DNA of 64,000 nucleotides from the NCBI GenBank assembly GCA_964016885.1, contig OZ024742.1, positions 133,734,001 to 133,798,000 on the forward strand, given 5' to 3'. Origin of the DNA: Eledone cirrhosa (Eukaryota). Shown one piece after another: positions 12,717-27,616 of the stretch (its first letter is position 1; each line of letters opens with the position of its first letter). Below the pieces are notes generated by a model. The model did no database searches, had not been told where the DNA came from, and saw only the letters and a list, made by a program, of their open reading frames with translations. The position numbers were made by a program, and so were the translations under genes.

Positions 12717-13575
12717 TCACAAGATTTAAGCCACCGTGAATCGAACCAATGTAACTTAGCATTCAACACATGAAATCCACACTATTACACAGACCACCAC
12801 ATAACTATAATATTCATTAAGCAGATTCTATCCTCCTTAATTCTATACCACAGTAATGTCTGCAAATATCTTATGAACCCATAAATATATCTCTTCTCAG
12901 CTGCTGTCAACACAACTTCCTCACCCTTGATTCTCAACAGATGAACCTAAATCCAAGTACATTATCAGAATACTACCACAGTAAAACATCACCTTCCTCC
13001 AGTTGTTATAATTGTAGTCAGCATGTTTTCTCTCTCTCTATATGTATTTTTGCCTCCTTAACCTCTGTATCAACTTACCTAGTATATAGCTACTTTGTTA
13101 ATGCTAACTTATACATGTATGTTATTGATGATTTGAAAGCTAAACCACCCCATGATTCGAACTAACAATCCCTTCATCTAATATAGACCACTTAAATATT
13201 GAATCCACTTCACACCACACAAATTACTATCCTCACTACAATGAAAAATATTTTATCTGTCAGATAATAAATAATTCTTACGGTCACCAAACCTAAAGTA
13301 AAGGAAATGGTACATTGTTTAAAGCCCCGGCTTATCTCTACACTATATATAATACACCCCATGACAGCTTTTACATGTCAATTTCATACATATGCCTCAT
13401 ATAAGCTCGTTTTACATGCTAAAGTCATAAGTATACTCTATGTCTTACTTAGATTGATGTTGTGATTATTTCAACTAATTTATTGCTCGCATTTTTAGTA
13501 TTGTTGTTATTGTTCTGATTGAATGCCACTACTATATTTAGAAGCCATGCCTCTGTATTCCCTTCATTCTCGCTA

Positions 13576-13681
13576 GCTCTGATGAATTGACTGGTTACAA
13601 CTATGTATTGGTGATCGATTGACGCAGAAACAGGCGGGCAGAGATCTCTAGACCTACCAGTTCAGAGAAACAATTGTCAGC
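13576..13681 (+). ncRNA. Type I hammerhead (right arm copy)
   Basis: GCT-CTGATGA-A-TTGACTGGT...ACCAGTTCAG-A-GAAA-CAATTG-TC-AGC. Confidence 0.8.
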
Positions 13682-13907
13682 AATGTGATTAAAGCCCTTA
13701 TTGTATAGCAAACCGTGTCACTCTTCTTTCTTGATTTATCATTACTCCAAGTGTAAACAACATAGAAATCACCGCGTACTCGCAACATCACTATAGAAAC
13801 GCCTTGTTGAGTCAAACTTAGCCAAGTGTTGATATCATCCCCTACTCGGAGTACCCTAACTGGAATACACCTAAGTGGACTACCTATAACAATAATCTGT
13901 TATCCCG

Positions 13908-13947
<40 letters not shown>

Positions 13948-14898
13948 CAGAGTGAGAGAGAGATATGGGGGATGCTTGTGTGTACGTGTTGCTGTGTGTG
14001 TGTGCTCTCATATGTGCGTGTTTGTATTTCTTTATGTGCAAGCTTGCTTGTATGTGAGTGAGTGCGCGTACACGTTTTTCAAATATATATGTTTTAGATT
14101 ACATTTCGAATATTCGCATTCAAAATATACGTTTTAATTTGAAGGAATAGCAATGATATTTTTTTAAGAAGCAATATATATTTATGCTATACCTAGGTTA
14201 CGGATGTATGATAAAAACTGTGTGCTGAATTGATAATATTGTAAGAAATAGCTGAGGAAATAATGCTATGTTGTTTAGTTAAGTGTAATGAAACGTTCAT
14301 CAACGTGTTACGACGTTTAGCCGAGCGGATTTTGCCTGCAAAACAAATATGGTAAATCTGTATTAAATATAAAGAAATAAATGGTCATGTGTGTATTTGA
14401 AAAAAACTTCAAATCACGAAAGAATTTAATGTGAAAATGTTAAAAGTATACGGATATTTAGTTGCTAGCTTTCTATGAGTCTTGTAGGAGCACAGTCGTT
14501 GATTATGTATCTGTTTACTGTGGTAAATATTCGTACATAAATACGTATATATGTATGAGTGTATGTATGAATAAATATGTATGTATGTACGTATGTACGT
14601 TTGTATCTACCAATGTGTGTAGTTGTGTATGTATGCATTAATATGTATATTAAGCGAGTGTACTTTCGTGAGTGCAATCGTGTGGTGTGTAGAGTAATAT
14701 CATTTGAATGGCAGATATGTCAGATACAGACATTACCATATGTTGCCAAGGAATTAATTTGTTCTTCATACCGTTTATGCATTGCTTCATTTGGCAACAG
14801 ACAGGCATCCTGTATGTGAAGAATTTAGTTTCATCCTCACCTGAAATTTTCTAAATACAAGGAAAACACACATTCATATAAAGCCGCTCAACCTATAC

Positions 14899-14945
<47 letters not shown>

Positions 14946-17900
14946 AGAGAGAGAGAAAGAGTGGGCGAGTGAGGGGTAAGAGAGAGGGGGTGGAGTATGG
15001 AGGATTGAAAGAGAGAGCGGGGGAAATAAGAGTTTTGCAAAGAAACATAGTTACATAGATACATATGCATACGATATGCACACGAATTGGAGGCTTTTCA
15101 TACGCAAAACATGGATTCCATGAAGTTACTAATTTTTTCGATCGTTCACAAAAGCGAATTATGGATTATCTTGTGATAATATTGGAAATGCTTTTACTAT
15201 ATGTATTTTCAAACATCGGTTGGTCTTTTGAGCTCGCTCATTGATCATAAAACATGAGATTTCATAAGAGGCATATACGAAATATTCAAATAAAATTAAC
15301 TTTAATCCCTTACATAAAACTATAAAATAACATACGAAAGAAGCAACATGATGTAAGCCTAAACACTAAATATAAGCGAAATAAATAGATATAAATCATA
15401 AACGTAAAGTACGCGACTAAAACATGCCGCCATCCAGTATATGGCTATTTTCGCGAACTTAATGAAAGAATATAATTCTGATGGAGCTAGTAAAACACGT
15501 AAGCACATATTTAATATGGGCTATTTCAATTGAGTTGTGTGATAATATTGATGGGTTGTAATAGGGAGAAGCATAGAAAAAAAAAATAATTAAAGAATCT
15601 CTCAATTCGACATCATTTTTATTATCCCTTCGTAGGTCCTAACTTCTAAACCCAAAACCATTCATGTAGCGATGATTTAATATCTCACTCTAGAATTCAA
15701 AAATCAGCATATAAGATTCATGCTAAGCATACATATACGTTAGATGGTTTAAATTTGTTGAATCAGGTTATCAAATTCAGTAACTTTTGCAGTAATAATG
15801 ATATTTTTGTTTTTGAAACGTTGGCTTGTTTTTGATTACATTAAACAGAAAGCGATGTTAATAACATTAATTATTTGTAAGTAAGGGTATGTCGAGTTTA
15901 TGCTATCAACAAGCATAACCAGGTCCCATTGCAAACAGAAAACAAATGATATAAACAAATATAGCATTTGTACAACTTTTTTGTGAGGGAATATCTTTAA
16001 ATAAAACTTAATACCGCAAACCAGTTTCATTATTTTCAATGCTACCAACATTTGGACGTAGATATTATCTGTCTTTGCCATGGCTGTCAATGTACTCAAA
16101 ATATTCTTAGCACAACTCCTGTCATCATCCTGACCACCGCCACCAACACAAACATCAATATCACCACCACCGCTACTATTATCATTATAATAATCATTAT
16201 TATCAACATTATCATCACATCCATCATCATTCTCATCATCGTTACCATTATAATCTTAATGATCCTAATTTTTTTTTTAAATCTTAATTTTAAATATTGA
16301 ATCTTATAGTCCAATTTCTGTTTGTCTGTAATATTGAAATACTAATCTACCGAAATAACATAATATTTATGAATAGAATTGGCAACATTATACATTCAGA
16401 ATCAAAGTTATACACACCTTAAGCCAGTTAATTAATTTTCAGCTCGTGTGAAATGGGTCTGTTTATTTTGTTTCAAAAATATCGTTATTGATTTTTTTTT
16501 CTTTCAGTCGTCATAATTTTATTGCATTTTGATTGCCTTGAGTATGTCCAGTATTTAATTTCGTTTTCATGTTTTCCATTGTGTTGAAAATTCGATGTAA
16601 TATGTTGAAAAAAAGTGAAATTGTGTGTACGGTCTGTATATGTGGATGTTTGAATATTTGGTTATTTCCATTACACATTTCGATAAATCTACACGAAAAA
16701 TGGTACCAGTATTCTGACGTATTGATATAATCCTTTGGTATACAAATGTACACGGAACGTCTCCACTTCAATCTAGTGGACATTCAAATCAGGGTCTATG
16801 AAGAAGTGAAATGCCTCGTGAAAAAATTGTGTCACGGAAGATGATGATATGAAGAGCATTTTCATATATTGATATTTGGAAATGCTTATAAACTTTTCTG
16901 TAAAAAAAAACAGGAAACATTTGTTTTAATAATAGTATTAGTATTGATTATAATTGTTTAAACATTTGGCATAATGTCAGCAATTTCAAGGGAAGAACAA
17001 AGGTAATGAAATCAAAACCAGTACATTAGTAGCACGTTATTTCATCGACACCGTAAGGATGTAAAGATCAAAATGTAAGGAACAGGAACACATGCGTAGT
17101 AAATATGATAAATTGTGAATCTTATATATCCTGTTTGGCCTTATCAATGGAATTAGAATGACAGTACATTTTTACTACATGCGAAGAACCCAACATGTTT
17201 TACAGGAGAGTAATTTTGATTCAAGTAATATTTGCTTAAGATAATTTCTCAGATGTTGAGGTACCGAGTCCAACACTCTGATGTCACCTGTTCTTATCCT
17301 GTTTTTTTTCTGATGGTATTTGTGCAATTTCTATCTTCATGTCGCTATATTTTAATAGTCTTCTGAAATATTTGTTATATTTGTTTTTCGATGGCAACAT
17401 AAAAATCCTGCAGACACGCATATTTCTGAGCATAATATTCTGTTGTACCTAGGCCGTTGTAGAGTTGGTTAATGAGGTACCATAATATCATAGGCGTAAC
17501 ATTCCTTTGACATAAAACACATACTCTTGCATATGCTGGGACAAATTGTTTGACATCTGATAGTAATATCTTTTTGCATATTGATGTACACACATGGTTT
17601 GTCATGACTTGTATGTTTACGTTAGTTTGTATTGGCCAGGCAATGCCTTCTTGTGTCTTTGACACTTAGATATCTCTATCACCAATATATTTAACAACCA
17701 TGACAAAATTACCTGCTAATATAAGCACCCTACACCGATAAGAATAAAGTAGAATATATGTGGTTTATCACGTCAAAATATATGGAATACAAGACTCCGG
17801 ACATGGAAAACTGAAGTGCAAATTTACAGAATGCAATATAATTTGTTTCACTCTAATTAAACAAAAATGATATTATTTTGAAATTGTAGAGAGAATAGAA

Positions 17901-18420
17901 TTCTGATATACTCATTAAGTTAAAGAGGCAATATTGAAAAATCACGGATTGAAACCTGGTTATAAACTTTGCATTTCGTGAAGCTATACTTTTTCTGCAA
18001 CCAAATATTGTGTGATACTGGCGAGATATATTAATGTTGAACGAAGCATTTCTACAAACTATCGACTCAGTGAAAGCACTAAATCACGTTGCCTTCTTTG
18101 TTTCTTTAATCCTGAACATGAAACAATTAAGACAATGCCTTCACAAATATTTTAATGGGGTCAAATTGGTTAATTAAGGAACTTGCAAGAATTAATGTGT
18201 TTACTCGATTGTTCAAAGTACAAGGATGTAAGAATTTATACATAGTTTCATAAATGTGTTACGAAGCAGTAAGAAAGATCAATAATTCTGTTATAAAGTT
18301 TATTTTTAATTGAAATGCTAATGGGTTTTTTTTTTAGTCGGAAATTAAAGATAGAGTGATGAATTCTTTCTGCGTGATTAAAGCAAGGGATGAATGACAA
18401 TGAAATTATGTTTTAGTAAA

Positions 18421-18507
18421 CCACCACCCGACCACCACTATCACCACCACCACCACCACCACCATTACCACAACCGCCATCACTACTACTACTACTACTA
18501 CAACTGT

Positions 18508-18561
<54 letters not shown>

Positions 18562-18616
18562 AACTACTACTACTACTGCTACTACTACTACTACTGTTGC
18601 CGCTGCTACTACTACT

Positions 18617-18663
<47 letters not shown>
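18421..18663. repeat. (CAC)n/(TAC)n trinucleotide microsatellite
   Basis: Direct reading; source of the poly-H/Y/V/S ORFs. Confidence 0.95.
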
Positions 18664-18734
18664 AGTTTTTCTTTAACATTTTGTCGTTATAATTATTTTG
18701 GCATTTCAAACTTGTCTTTTTACATTATGTAAAG

Positions 18735-19290
18735 CCATGTCCAGATTACGGGACTATGTCACTACTGATGCGTCTATGAAGTCATTGAGAACTTTCGGCA
18801 GTCAGGCGGTCATTTGTAATGTGTAGATATTGTTACTGCACAGATATGAATGTTGACCACTGAGATATTTTTCGGTCTTCATATTCCCCATCCTGCGGAT
18901 TTTGCTTTCGTTATATTTGAACTCTTAAACATGTCTCTGCTTTTTCCCCAAAGTATTTTCTTCTGACTATTTTCTCATATAGATAATTATACAGTTTTAT
19001 AATTATTTTCTTTATTACAATATCAGGCGTGTTGCTTTCCTTTTCCCTAATCTTGACAGCATCGTAATGCTTTCACTCCTTTTGATGTTATTCCTGTGGT
19101 CTTGTTTACAGGACGGGTTATCTGTTCTTAAACATAGAAACACCGGGAAACATTGTGGTAGATGGTTTAAGCGTACCTTCCCCAAATTCAGCATGGTGTG
19201 ACTTATAACAACCCCCTGACGTTTGCTTTGCTTTTCATCCTTACGTTCAGAGGTCGATATAATCGACATAGCGGTCTCATATAATTGTTG
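18735..19290 (-). mobile_element. Highly decayed LINE RT fragment
   Basis: KRQGVVISHTMLNL in ORF 19015-19269 resembles the RQGD.ISP.LFNL RT motif. Confidence 0.35.
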
Positions 19291-19307
19291 GTATTAAATC
19301 AGAAATC

Positions 19308-19732
19308 ATTGGATTAGAAGTATCGGTAGAGGGTCGGACGCCCTGCTTTGACGCAAATAGTTACAGCCCTTTCCATTCTGAGTTCAAATCCCGCCGAGGT
19401 TAAGTTTGTCTTTCATCCTTACGGGGTCGATAAAATAAAGTACCAGTAATACACTGGAATATTTATGGCCTTGTGCCAAAAGTAGAAACAATTATTATAA
19501 TTATTATTATTGTTGATATTGTTGATATTGTTGACATATGATGGTGAATTGGCAGTATCAGTAGAGGGTCGACATCATGCTATGCAGCATAGAGTTACGC
19601 CCCCTTATGGTTTAAGTTCAAATCCCACCGAGGTTAACTTTGCCTTTCATCCTCTACGGGGTCGATAAAATAAAGCTCCAGTAATGCTCTGGGATAATTG
19701 CTGGCCTTGTGCCAAATGTAGAAACAATTATT
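19308..19732 (+). mobile_element. Two tandem copies of the ~190-bp SINE (19308-19496, 19541-19732)
   Basis: Both carry GTTCAAATCCC.CCGAGGTTAA...GGGGTCGATAAAATAAAG...GTAGAAACAATTATT. Confidence 0.88.
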
Positions 19733-19789
19733 ATTGTTGACATTTGGATCGTTCAAATGTGTATTTATTCTTTCCAAGTACTTTTGTCT

Positions 19790-22480
19790 ATTCTATCTAT
19801 TTGAAGTGATTGTTTGATACCCATTTTGTTGAAAACGAGACATATCCAATATTTGCCCCGAAGAAGCGAGTCCGGATGATATTTGAGTGGAAGCTCCAAA
19901 TATAATAACTCAAGGTGTTATTTCCAACGCCTTCATGGGTGAAAAATGTACAAAATTCGCTTCTCACTTTGAGCCAGTGATAACATGACAGCGGTTCAAA
20001 GAACTAGATAACCCACCACCAACGTTCCCAGAGTTACTACCACCACTACAGACAGCAGGCCCGCTGTATCCATCAACAGCCAGACGTTTGTCCAGACAGC
20101 CAAACTGATACACAGGTAATAATCCTGGAGCAGCGTAAGTGCTCCAGCCTAGGGAATGGCAGCAAAGGAGATGAAAACGTTATGGTAAAGAAGCATTTCT
20201 TTACACTCAGAATAGGGAAGCTGGTCACTCAATCACATACGGAGGGCACCTTTATATGCATCGTGTCTGATATTGACAATATAGCAAGGGCCAAAAGGTT
20301 TTGTAGCTTCTCGGTACTATTCAAAGCTGAGTCCATTGCAATAAAATACTTGAAGACTGAAATGGTCTGGGACTTGTTTGGAGATACTTCTACAAAAGAA
20401 CTAAATAATATCTTGGACCTAGTTAGCATTCCTAGCGGCAGAGAACTCCAAGTGGTCACAGGATTTCCGAGACGCGTATACCAGGCGCACATTTGCCGAA
20501 TTTGAGATCTTCGCATCACATAATCGGTCTGGAATAGGGGTGACAGTGCTATTTAGTAAAGGCCTGGATCTCGAAGCACGGATGATCGTCCTGGACCCGG
20601 GCGGTAAGTTGGTCGTTCTGGGCATGACAGATTTCGAAATTAGTGCATTTAGACTGAAGGCTGTCAACGGCCTGACTGGGACCGAACGGCTGCAAAACTC
20701 GTGTGCCTGAAACCCTCTGTAGGAACGTACGCCCTTATTGGTAGCGCGGGAGTGCAACAGCATATTTGACTCACGCTGAGCCTGCGCGGGGGTACCTGAA
20801 AGAAGTGGTGGCAACACAAGTTTAAATAACCTGAACATGCAGTTCCAACTGTCTGAGAGCAATCGATTAGATTTCCGAATGCTGCAGTGTGGACCTGGAC
20901 AAACCACTTAAGGACAGCTAAACAATCATTAATTAAGGAGATAAGGAAAGTAGTTGTTCACATTTTAAAACGGTCACCTATACAGACAAAACATTTGTGA
21001 TCTGCATGGCTGACCTAGATAGGTTTCGTAGGTCGGGATTCGGTTAATAGGAAATTATCACGTCGTTTTTGGCATGTAAAGCATGCTGTGTCCGAATTAG
21101 AATTTAGTTGACAGGGTCTATCTTCAACAACATGGACTGGGTGGCCACAAGTGAGCGATTAGAGTAGAATGAATAGCTTTTAGTAAATAATTAGGGATTG
21201 GAAAAAATAAAACCGAGGACGAGTTTATAGCTAATTTGGACGAGGTGATTAGTAGTTGCATTTCAACTGACGTGCTAGCTTTGAGAATATTATTTGTCTA
21301 TTTATTCAACGCGAAACATGAATGTTGCATTGTCAGAGCTAAGATGTACGCTCTAAGAAACTAAGGAACAAAAGCTGCTCGATGGGCCCGAGAGGCGGAT
21401 GTGTAAACCACAAGTCGGACTTTGGTGTACAGAAACGACGAGTATGATGGATCACCTGGGCTTGCATTATCCATCCAGATCCCTGGGCCATTATGCCTAA
21501 CCGGTAAGGAGCTATTAGGTGGTTCTGTAGACAAATAAATAGTGTAGGTTGATTCAAGTTGACCTAACATAAATATCGAAGATGAATTAGAGATATTTCT
21601 AAATACAGTAAATTGGGTGGTTCTGTAAACAATAAACTAGTGTAGGCTGGTTTAAGGTAACTTAAAGTTAGACGCATGCGGATGAAATAGAAATAAATTA
21701 AATTACCCTAAATTAAGATATGATCATAAACGTAGTTTATGAGATTATAATAAGAGAAAGAGCATATAAAATGTAAGATACGGGGCAAAACATTGGAAAA
21801 CAAAATTAAAAATGCCAAGAACTTATATATTAAAGACAATGAAATGCATGCTAGAAAATACTATAAAATAGTTTGGGATCTGAACCACGGTACCCAGACA
21901 GGTACAAATGTGGCTAAATATACAGAATAAGAATCCGGAAAATAGATAGGGAAAATATTGAAAAGATAGAGATTGGGATACGTTTAATAGTCTTCGTAGT
22001 TTATAGACTTCCACTAGTTTACCAGTTTGTGTTCTCAAACGAGGGGTTAGCCACGAATTAAATACCGTAAAGTGTTTCCCGTAGTGAAGGGATTTTGTTA
22101 TTTTCCGTGTTCCGGTAGTCTAGTGGGATGCGTTCGGTCCTCTGGTAAGCTTTGTTCGTCAAATTGAAAAGGATGTTATGATTCATCCATTGCATCGTGA
22201 CGTGTGATTCGGGCAGTAGATATATAGGCATTAGTTATTTAATGCGTCATCAAAGCGCTCAACTTTATGGGAGGATTTAAGTATTATTATATGGAGCTAA
22301 CCGACCTAGGATGTGCAGACCATTTTATGTTCATTCCCCTCTGGCGTAGATAAAATGAAGCGCTAACAACTTGTATAAATGTTACAGGACGGATAATTAT
22401 TTAGTACTAAAATGATAGGGGGCCAACAGCAGTTGATTTCAAACTGGCGTCCCACTCATCGAGTGCATGAGTCTCCTGGA
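19790..22480 (+). mobile_element. Decayed Tx1/L1-like non-LTR retrotransposon
   Basis: From 20537: GVTVLFSKGLDLEARMIVLDPGGKLVVLGMTDFEISAFRLKAVNG, then LLVARECNSIFD (APE endonuclease motifs); many stops; boundaries approximate. Confidence 0.65.
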
Positions 22481-23297
22481 TGGGAGGCAACGGACTTCTG
22501 CATGTAATTCGTTTAGCTTGATTAAACGTGGAACAATCTAGGTGTAGGGCTCTGATACTTCCCGCAATGTTAACCCAGTTAAACCAGCACTATATAGCAA
22601 CTACGTTATATACTTTGTTTTATAGGTAAGTTATACCGCTAACTATTTTTGATATAATTATCACTTTTTGATATAATTATTTCTTTTTAAACTATTTATT
22701 ATATAGTTACTTCTTGTTATCGGTTATAATATGTCTACCGCTTATTCAAAGTTGTTGGATACCTGCGGACATTTGAGTTGGTAGGAGATGGCAACAACCA
22801 TTACCTGGCAGTGAGGAGGGGAGGACGAGCTACTTGCAGAATTCGTTTTTACAACAATGACCTACTATTTTCAAACTTGATGATTGTGACGTGGCATTAG
22901 GATTGACCAGCACTTCCTTCGGAGATCTTTTAGGCCCTGGGCGGGCCGCCACGGAAACCACATCAACACATTTAGTCGTCTCCTGTATCAGAAAAAGAAA
23001 ACATTTTTCTAGGAAATCTTTTAATGTTTTTGAAGTAGTTTTCAATATTTTCAATTAAAAAAAAAGTTTTTTTGATGCTCTCTGAACAGCAAGACAAACA
23101 AACTTGTTAGAATTCAACTAAATACGTATCACGGACTTTTAAATAAACCTAAACCAACTACTTATGTCCTATGTCTTTTGAATATTATATAATGGTCCAT
23201 CTTGTACCATTTACGCAGGTCGTTGAGGGCTTCATTTTGTCTACATAAAAGTCAACCGATTACAATGTGGTCTGCACCTCCCTGGCTGGCTAGCCCT

Positions 23298-23376
<79 letters not shown>

Positions 23377-23479
23377 AACGATATACATACATTTGAGTAT
23401 GTGTTGGTTAGTTAGCGACACTTCAGTATGTAGGATAGAGCACTCAATGAAGTGCACAGGTGGGTCTGTTTAATCCGGA

Positions 23480-24180
23480 GCAATGTAAATACAAGAAATG
23501 TAAGTCAACAGGTTAAAATCAACTTCGTTAATTCATATTCGCGGTGAAGACCACTATTCAACAACTATGACTTCACCAGACAGCTAGAACTTGAATAGAA
23601 AAACAAAACAAAACAGAAAAAACAATGATGGAACACACATTATCTCTCTTATTTCGATCTTTTTATATGCCTATCCCCGAATGATGGTGTTGTTTTCTCA
23701 AGGAACTGGTGGCATATGATTTAGAATTAAAGAATTCAAGCATCAGTAGAATTTCCCTCCCTCTCATTGGTCAGATTCAGTTTTACCATTCCAATATCAA
23801 CTCTATTGTATTTCTGAGGTCACTTGTCCTGGCATAACGTCAGTTAGTTAGGTTTGTTTTTAGCAACCAACTATAACAACTGTATATACCTAGAAAATAG
23901 GGGTGTGTTGGCCTAAGTGACCTTGCTCAATTAGTTGCAGTAGTCTTAATATGTTCCTACCACTTCTCATTCTGTGGGGAGTGGTAGTATTGGAGTTGCT
24001 AGTGAAAAGTAGCATATATATGTAAACAGATATCGGTGCAATCCGGAATGTGTATGCTTATTTGTCTGATGAGGTCATAGCTGTTGAATAATGGTTATCA
24101 CCGAAATATATATATAACAGTGAATATGAATAAACGAAGTTGATTTGAACCTGTTGACTTACACTTTTTGTGTTTACACA
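23480..24180 (+). mobile_element. Decayed PLE 3' end with inverted copy of its tail (23480-23590 vs 24063-24180)
   Basis: LYCISEVTCPG (GIY-YIG-like) at ~23800-23833; terminal GAATATGAAT.AACGAAGTTGATTT.AACCTGTTGACTTACA present in both orientations. Confidence 0.65.
24063..24119 (+). ncRNA. Type I hammerhead with (TA)n stem III
   Basis: TGT-CTGATGA-GGT c ATAGCT gttgaata at GGTTAT c ACC-GAAA-TATATATA-TA-ACA. Confidence 0.82.
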
Positions 24181-26979
24181 CATAACCCTACACACATATA
24201 AATAAATTGGGGGAGGGGGTGTTGAGTTGCGCATTAATGATATGGATTCCTATTGATTGATGTAGTACAATTTCCAAATCCTAAAGTTTAAGGAAGATGT
24301 ATATCAACAATGATCCTGCTTTAATGCTACAAAGTGGAACAGCATATCTAGATACAACGGGTTCACTTGATGTTTTCTCACAATTTGATCCAGTATGATA
24401 TAATATATTGAAATCATTGGACATGGATTTTTTAAAATCATTAGTGAATTCTACTCAATAAGAAATTGACAGTCAACATATTCTCAAATACACAATATGT
24501 ACTGAAGATATATTTGTTCTTTATATTAAATTCTGTCGCACAGTGCATTCATGTGGACTGTCAAATATTATCAACCAAAGTAAAACATTTCGACATTTTG
24601 AAAGTGTGTTTGCAATAGTTTTATTAGGAAATGTAGAAATTCGAACATTTAGAGTAAAAAGTTGCCATCATTATTCATCGAGTAGTTAATTTGGCATTTG
24701 TTAGATCATAGCTTAATAAAGCCATTGATAATTGTTTAGTATTGCAATGATGAGTTGACTAATGACTTAATGTATTTTAATTGCTTTCTTTTACCCTGGG
24801 AATTATCAATTTAGATACACCTTTGCGAACTGATACTGAATTACATGAGGTTTGCTGAAACAACAAGAAGATCACATGAGAAAGACATTCATTAATTATA
24901 ATAGAGTGGTGAACTTTGCAACAGATGGAACAGTGAAGCTTTACTAAGAATTCAGTTGCAATGAAAAAATGAGTAAACAAAACAATGCTGTTACTGTTAC
25001 CATTCTGAAGACATAAAATAATCAAAATAATTTCTTGATTGAAAAGTTTGAGAAATTGTGTTCATTATGAAACGGACACTTCAAATTCATTCGGTATTAA
25101 CTCAATATTACAACCTGAACATCTTTAATAAAATAAATACAAATATCACTCAAAGTTTGGTTTTGCTTTCATTCGTTTCTATGTGCACTATCTCTGCTTA
25201 CGACTGCAAAATATCGATTTTATACACAGAAAATATTTATCGCTTGAAGGGGCAATTGCTCCTCGGAAAAATAAAAAAAACACATCGGATTTTGACGAGG
25301 TTTGAGCATAATATGTAAAATCTTGAGATGAAGTTTCATATTTAAAATCTAGTCATAGTTTGTATTGTTTAGTTTATATTACCAAATCTAATGTGTTAGA
25401 TAGACTATAGAAATTGTGAAGCTTGCATAAATCTTCAACTGATACAAAATAAATTTATACATTTCCATCGTAAACAAAAACATTTAAACTTTTATTTTTA
25501 GCTGCAAATATTTTAAGAAACTAGCTAGTTATGCCAAAACAATAGAAGGTATCAACGTTTGTTTCCTGACGGACCACAATTTTATTGCCGTATATTTTCA
25601 CGAAATATAATCATTTTGAATAATATTCTCAGATACAAAATATGATAATTTCCTATCTATTCTAATAGCAAAATCAATTCGATAAATATTAAATGGGACG
25701 TATAGAGCAAAGAAAAATATTCTTTATCGTTCAGTGTTGCCTGGACACACTCACTGTAGATTCCACTTCGAGGTGATTTTACTGCCATTTCATGAAATAG
25801 TTCATAGATACAGAGTGAAGATATTTATATTTGAGATTACATCAAATTCAATAGAATATTTCTTCCAAACACCGCGAATTAAGCCAAGTGTTTTACGCGT
25901 CACTGAATTATGACGGGTTGTAGTTGTATCATATTGTTATGATAAACGAAATCTAAAATATTGAGTTATAAGTTATGAAATAGTGAACCGTTGCATTACT
26001 GGGTAATTTGATTCTTTCAAGGAAATAAATGTCATTGGTGTCAGTAAACATGAAACAAAATCATCTTACACTCTCTAATACGAAACATTGTAGGATCTTG
26101 TATACTGAAATAAGAATCATAAAATTGTTTTTTTCTATAAAGATCATTCAAAAATATCGGAATTCATATATGAAATCTGAGGGAATTACAAAATAGTTTC
26201 AGCCTTCATAATAATAAAGTTGTAGGAACCTCTAAATATTCTGATCTAGTCTTGTTTGAGACTAGATTTATATGAGATAGAATATATATGAAAGTTATTG
26301 TTTTCGTAATAAAGTTTGGTAACAAAGGTGTATCAAATATAATGGGTATTTGATTTCTAAAGTGATTGAGAGTTTCCATTTGAGAGTTTCACCTTTAAGT
26401 GTTGTTGTAACAATAACTCAAAAGCTCGCACTTATTACCGGGTTTAAAACGTTATTGAAGTGTTAAAAAATATTTCGTTGGAGGGAATGTAAGAAGCTTC
26501 ATATTTTCAGAGTTTATGGTTTCATTTAAACTGACATGTAACAAATGAATGCTAATTGCAATTTACATGTCCTTATATAAACATGATGAATTAAGGGACA
26601 TAGCTTCTACCCTACATATAAACTAAAGGATAAATATTTTTTGCATTTGATTATTGGAAAATTAGAACGCAGAAATGAAGGAGACAGAATTGTATGCACT
26701 AATCATTTAGAATTTATTTAGGAAATTTGAGCAAGCGAATCAAATATCCACTTAGTATTTACAAAATCAACAATGACTTATAAAATAGCAGTGTGATCTA
26801 TGTCTAAAATCTGATGACATAAAACTATTCGAAATTTATGTTTTGATATACGCCGATGTTCCCAGCCCTAGACGTCAATCACAATGTATGAATTTGATAT
26901 TGTACAAACTCACAGACACACACACGCACCCCACCACAAACATATACACAAACACACACACACCCATCTCTCTCACTGC

Positions 26980-27159
<180 letters not shown>

Positions 27160-27402
27160 TGTGATGAATATATGAGTACTTCTATACTGATTTATCAGTG
27201 AGTAGCAAGTGACAGTTTTTCATTAGTTTTATATGCGTTTGAATTATTTTCGTTTATTTTCTGTTTTAAGTGTTGTTACATTAATTATGCCTTGTTGGTA
27301 GTAGTTAATGTTACTTCACATTTAATCCATATCATATATTACAATATTTCAGCTAATCACTCTTGATAGGTATGGGGGCATTTCTATGTGTGTATATATA
27401 CG

Positions 27403-27521
<119 letters not shown>

Positions 27522-27582
27522 CAACTACAAAATTGTGTATGTGCGTGTGTCTGTGTGTATCTATGTGTATATTTATTTACAA

Positions 27583-27616
<34 letters not shown>

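Larger units (their letters stand above)
12184..13732. mobile_element. Large inverted duplication of a PLE 3' end (arms 12184-12650 and 13264-13732) around a hairpin and an RTE-like RT fragment
   Basis: ~465-bp reverse-complementary arms; the right arm encodes KVKEMVHCLKPRL (GIY-YIG C-terminus-like); the spacer minus strand has YLDLGSSVENQG and CVLNAKLH-like RTE motifs. Confidence 0.85.

Noticed and set aside
17300-17665. 96-aa minus ORF, possibly a decayed LINE ORF1 with zinc knuckle
   Set aside because: Only a faint H....C remnant; cannot be supported
24297-24398. Short protein-like frame MYINNDPALMLQSGTAYLDTTGSLDVFSQFDP
   Set aside because: Too short, weak splice signals and no recognisable family
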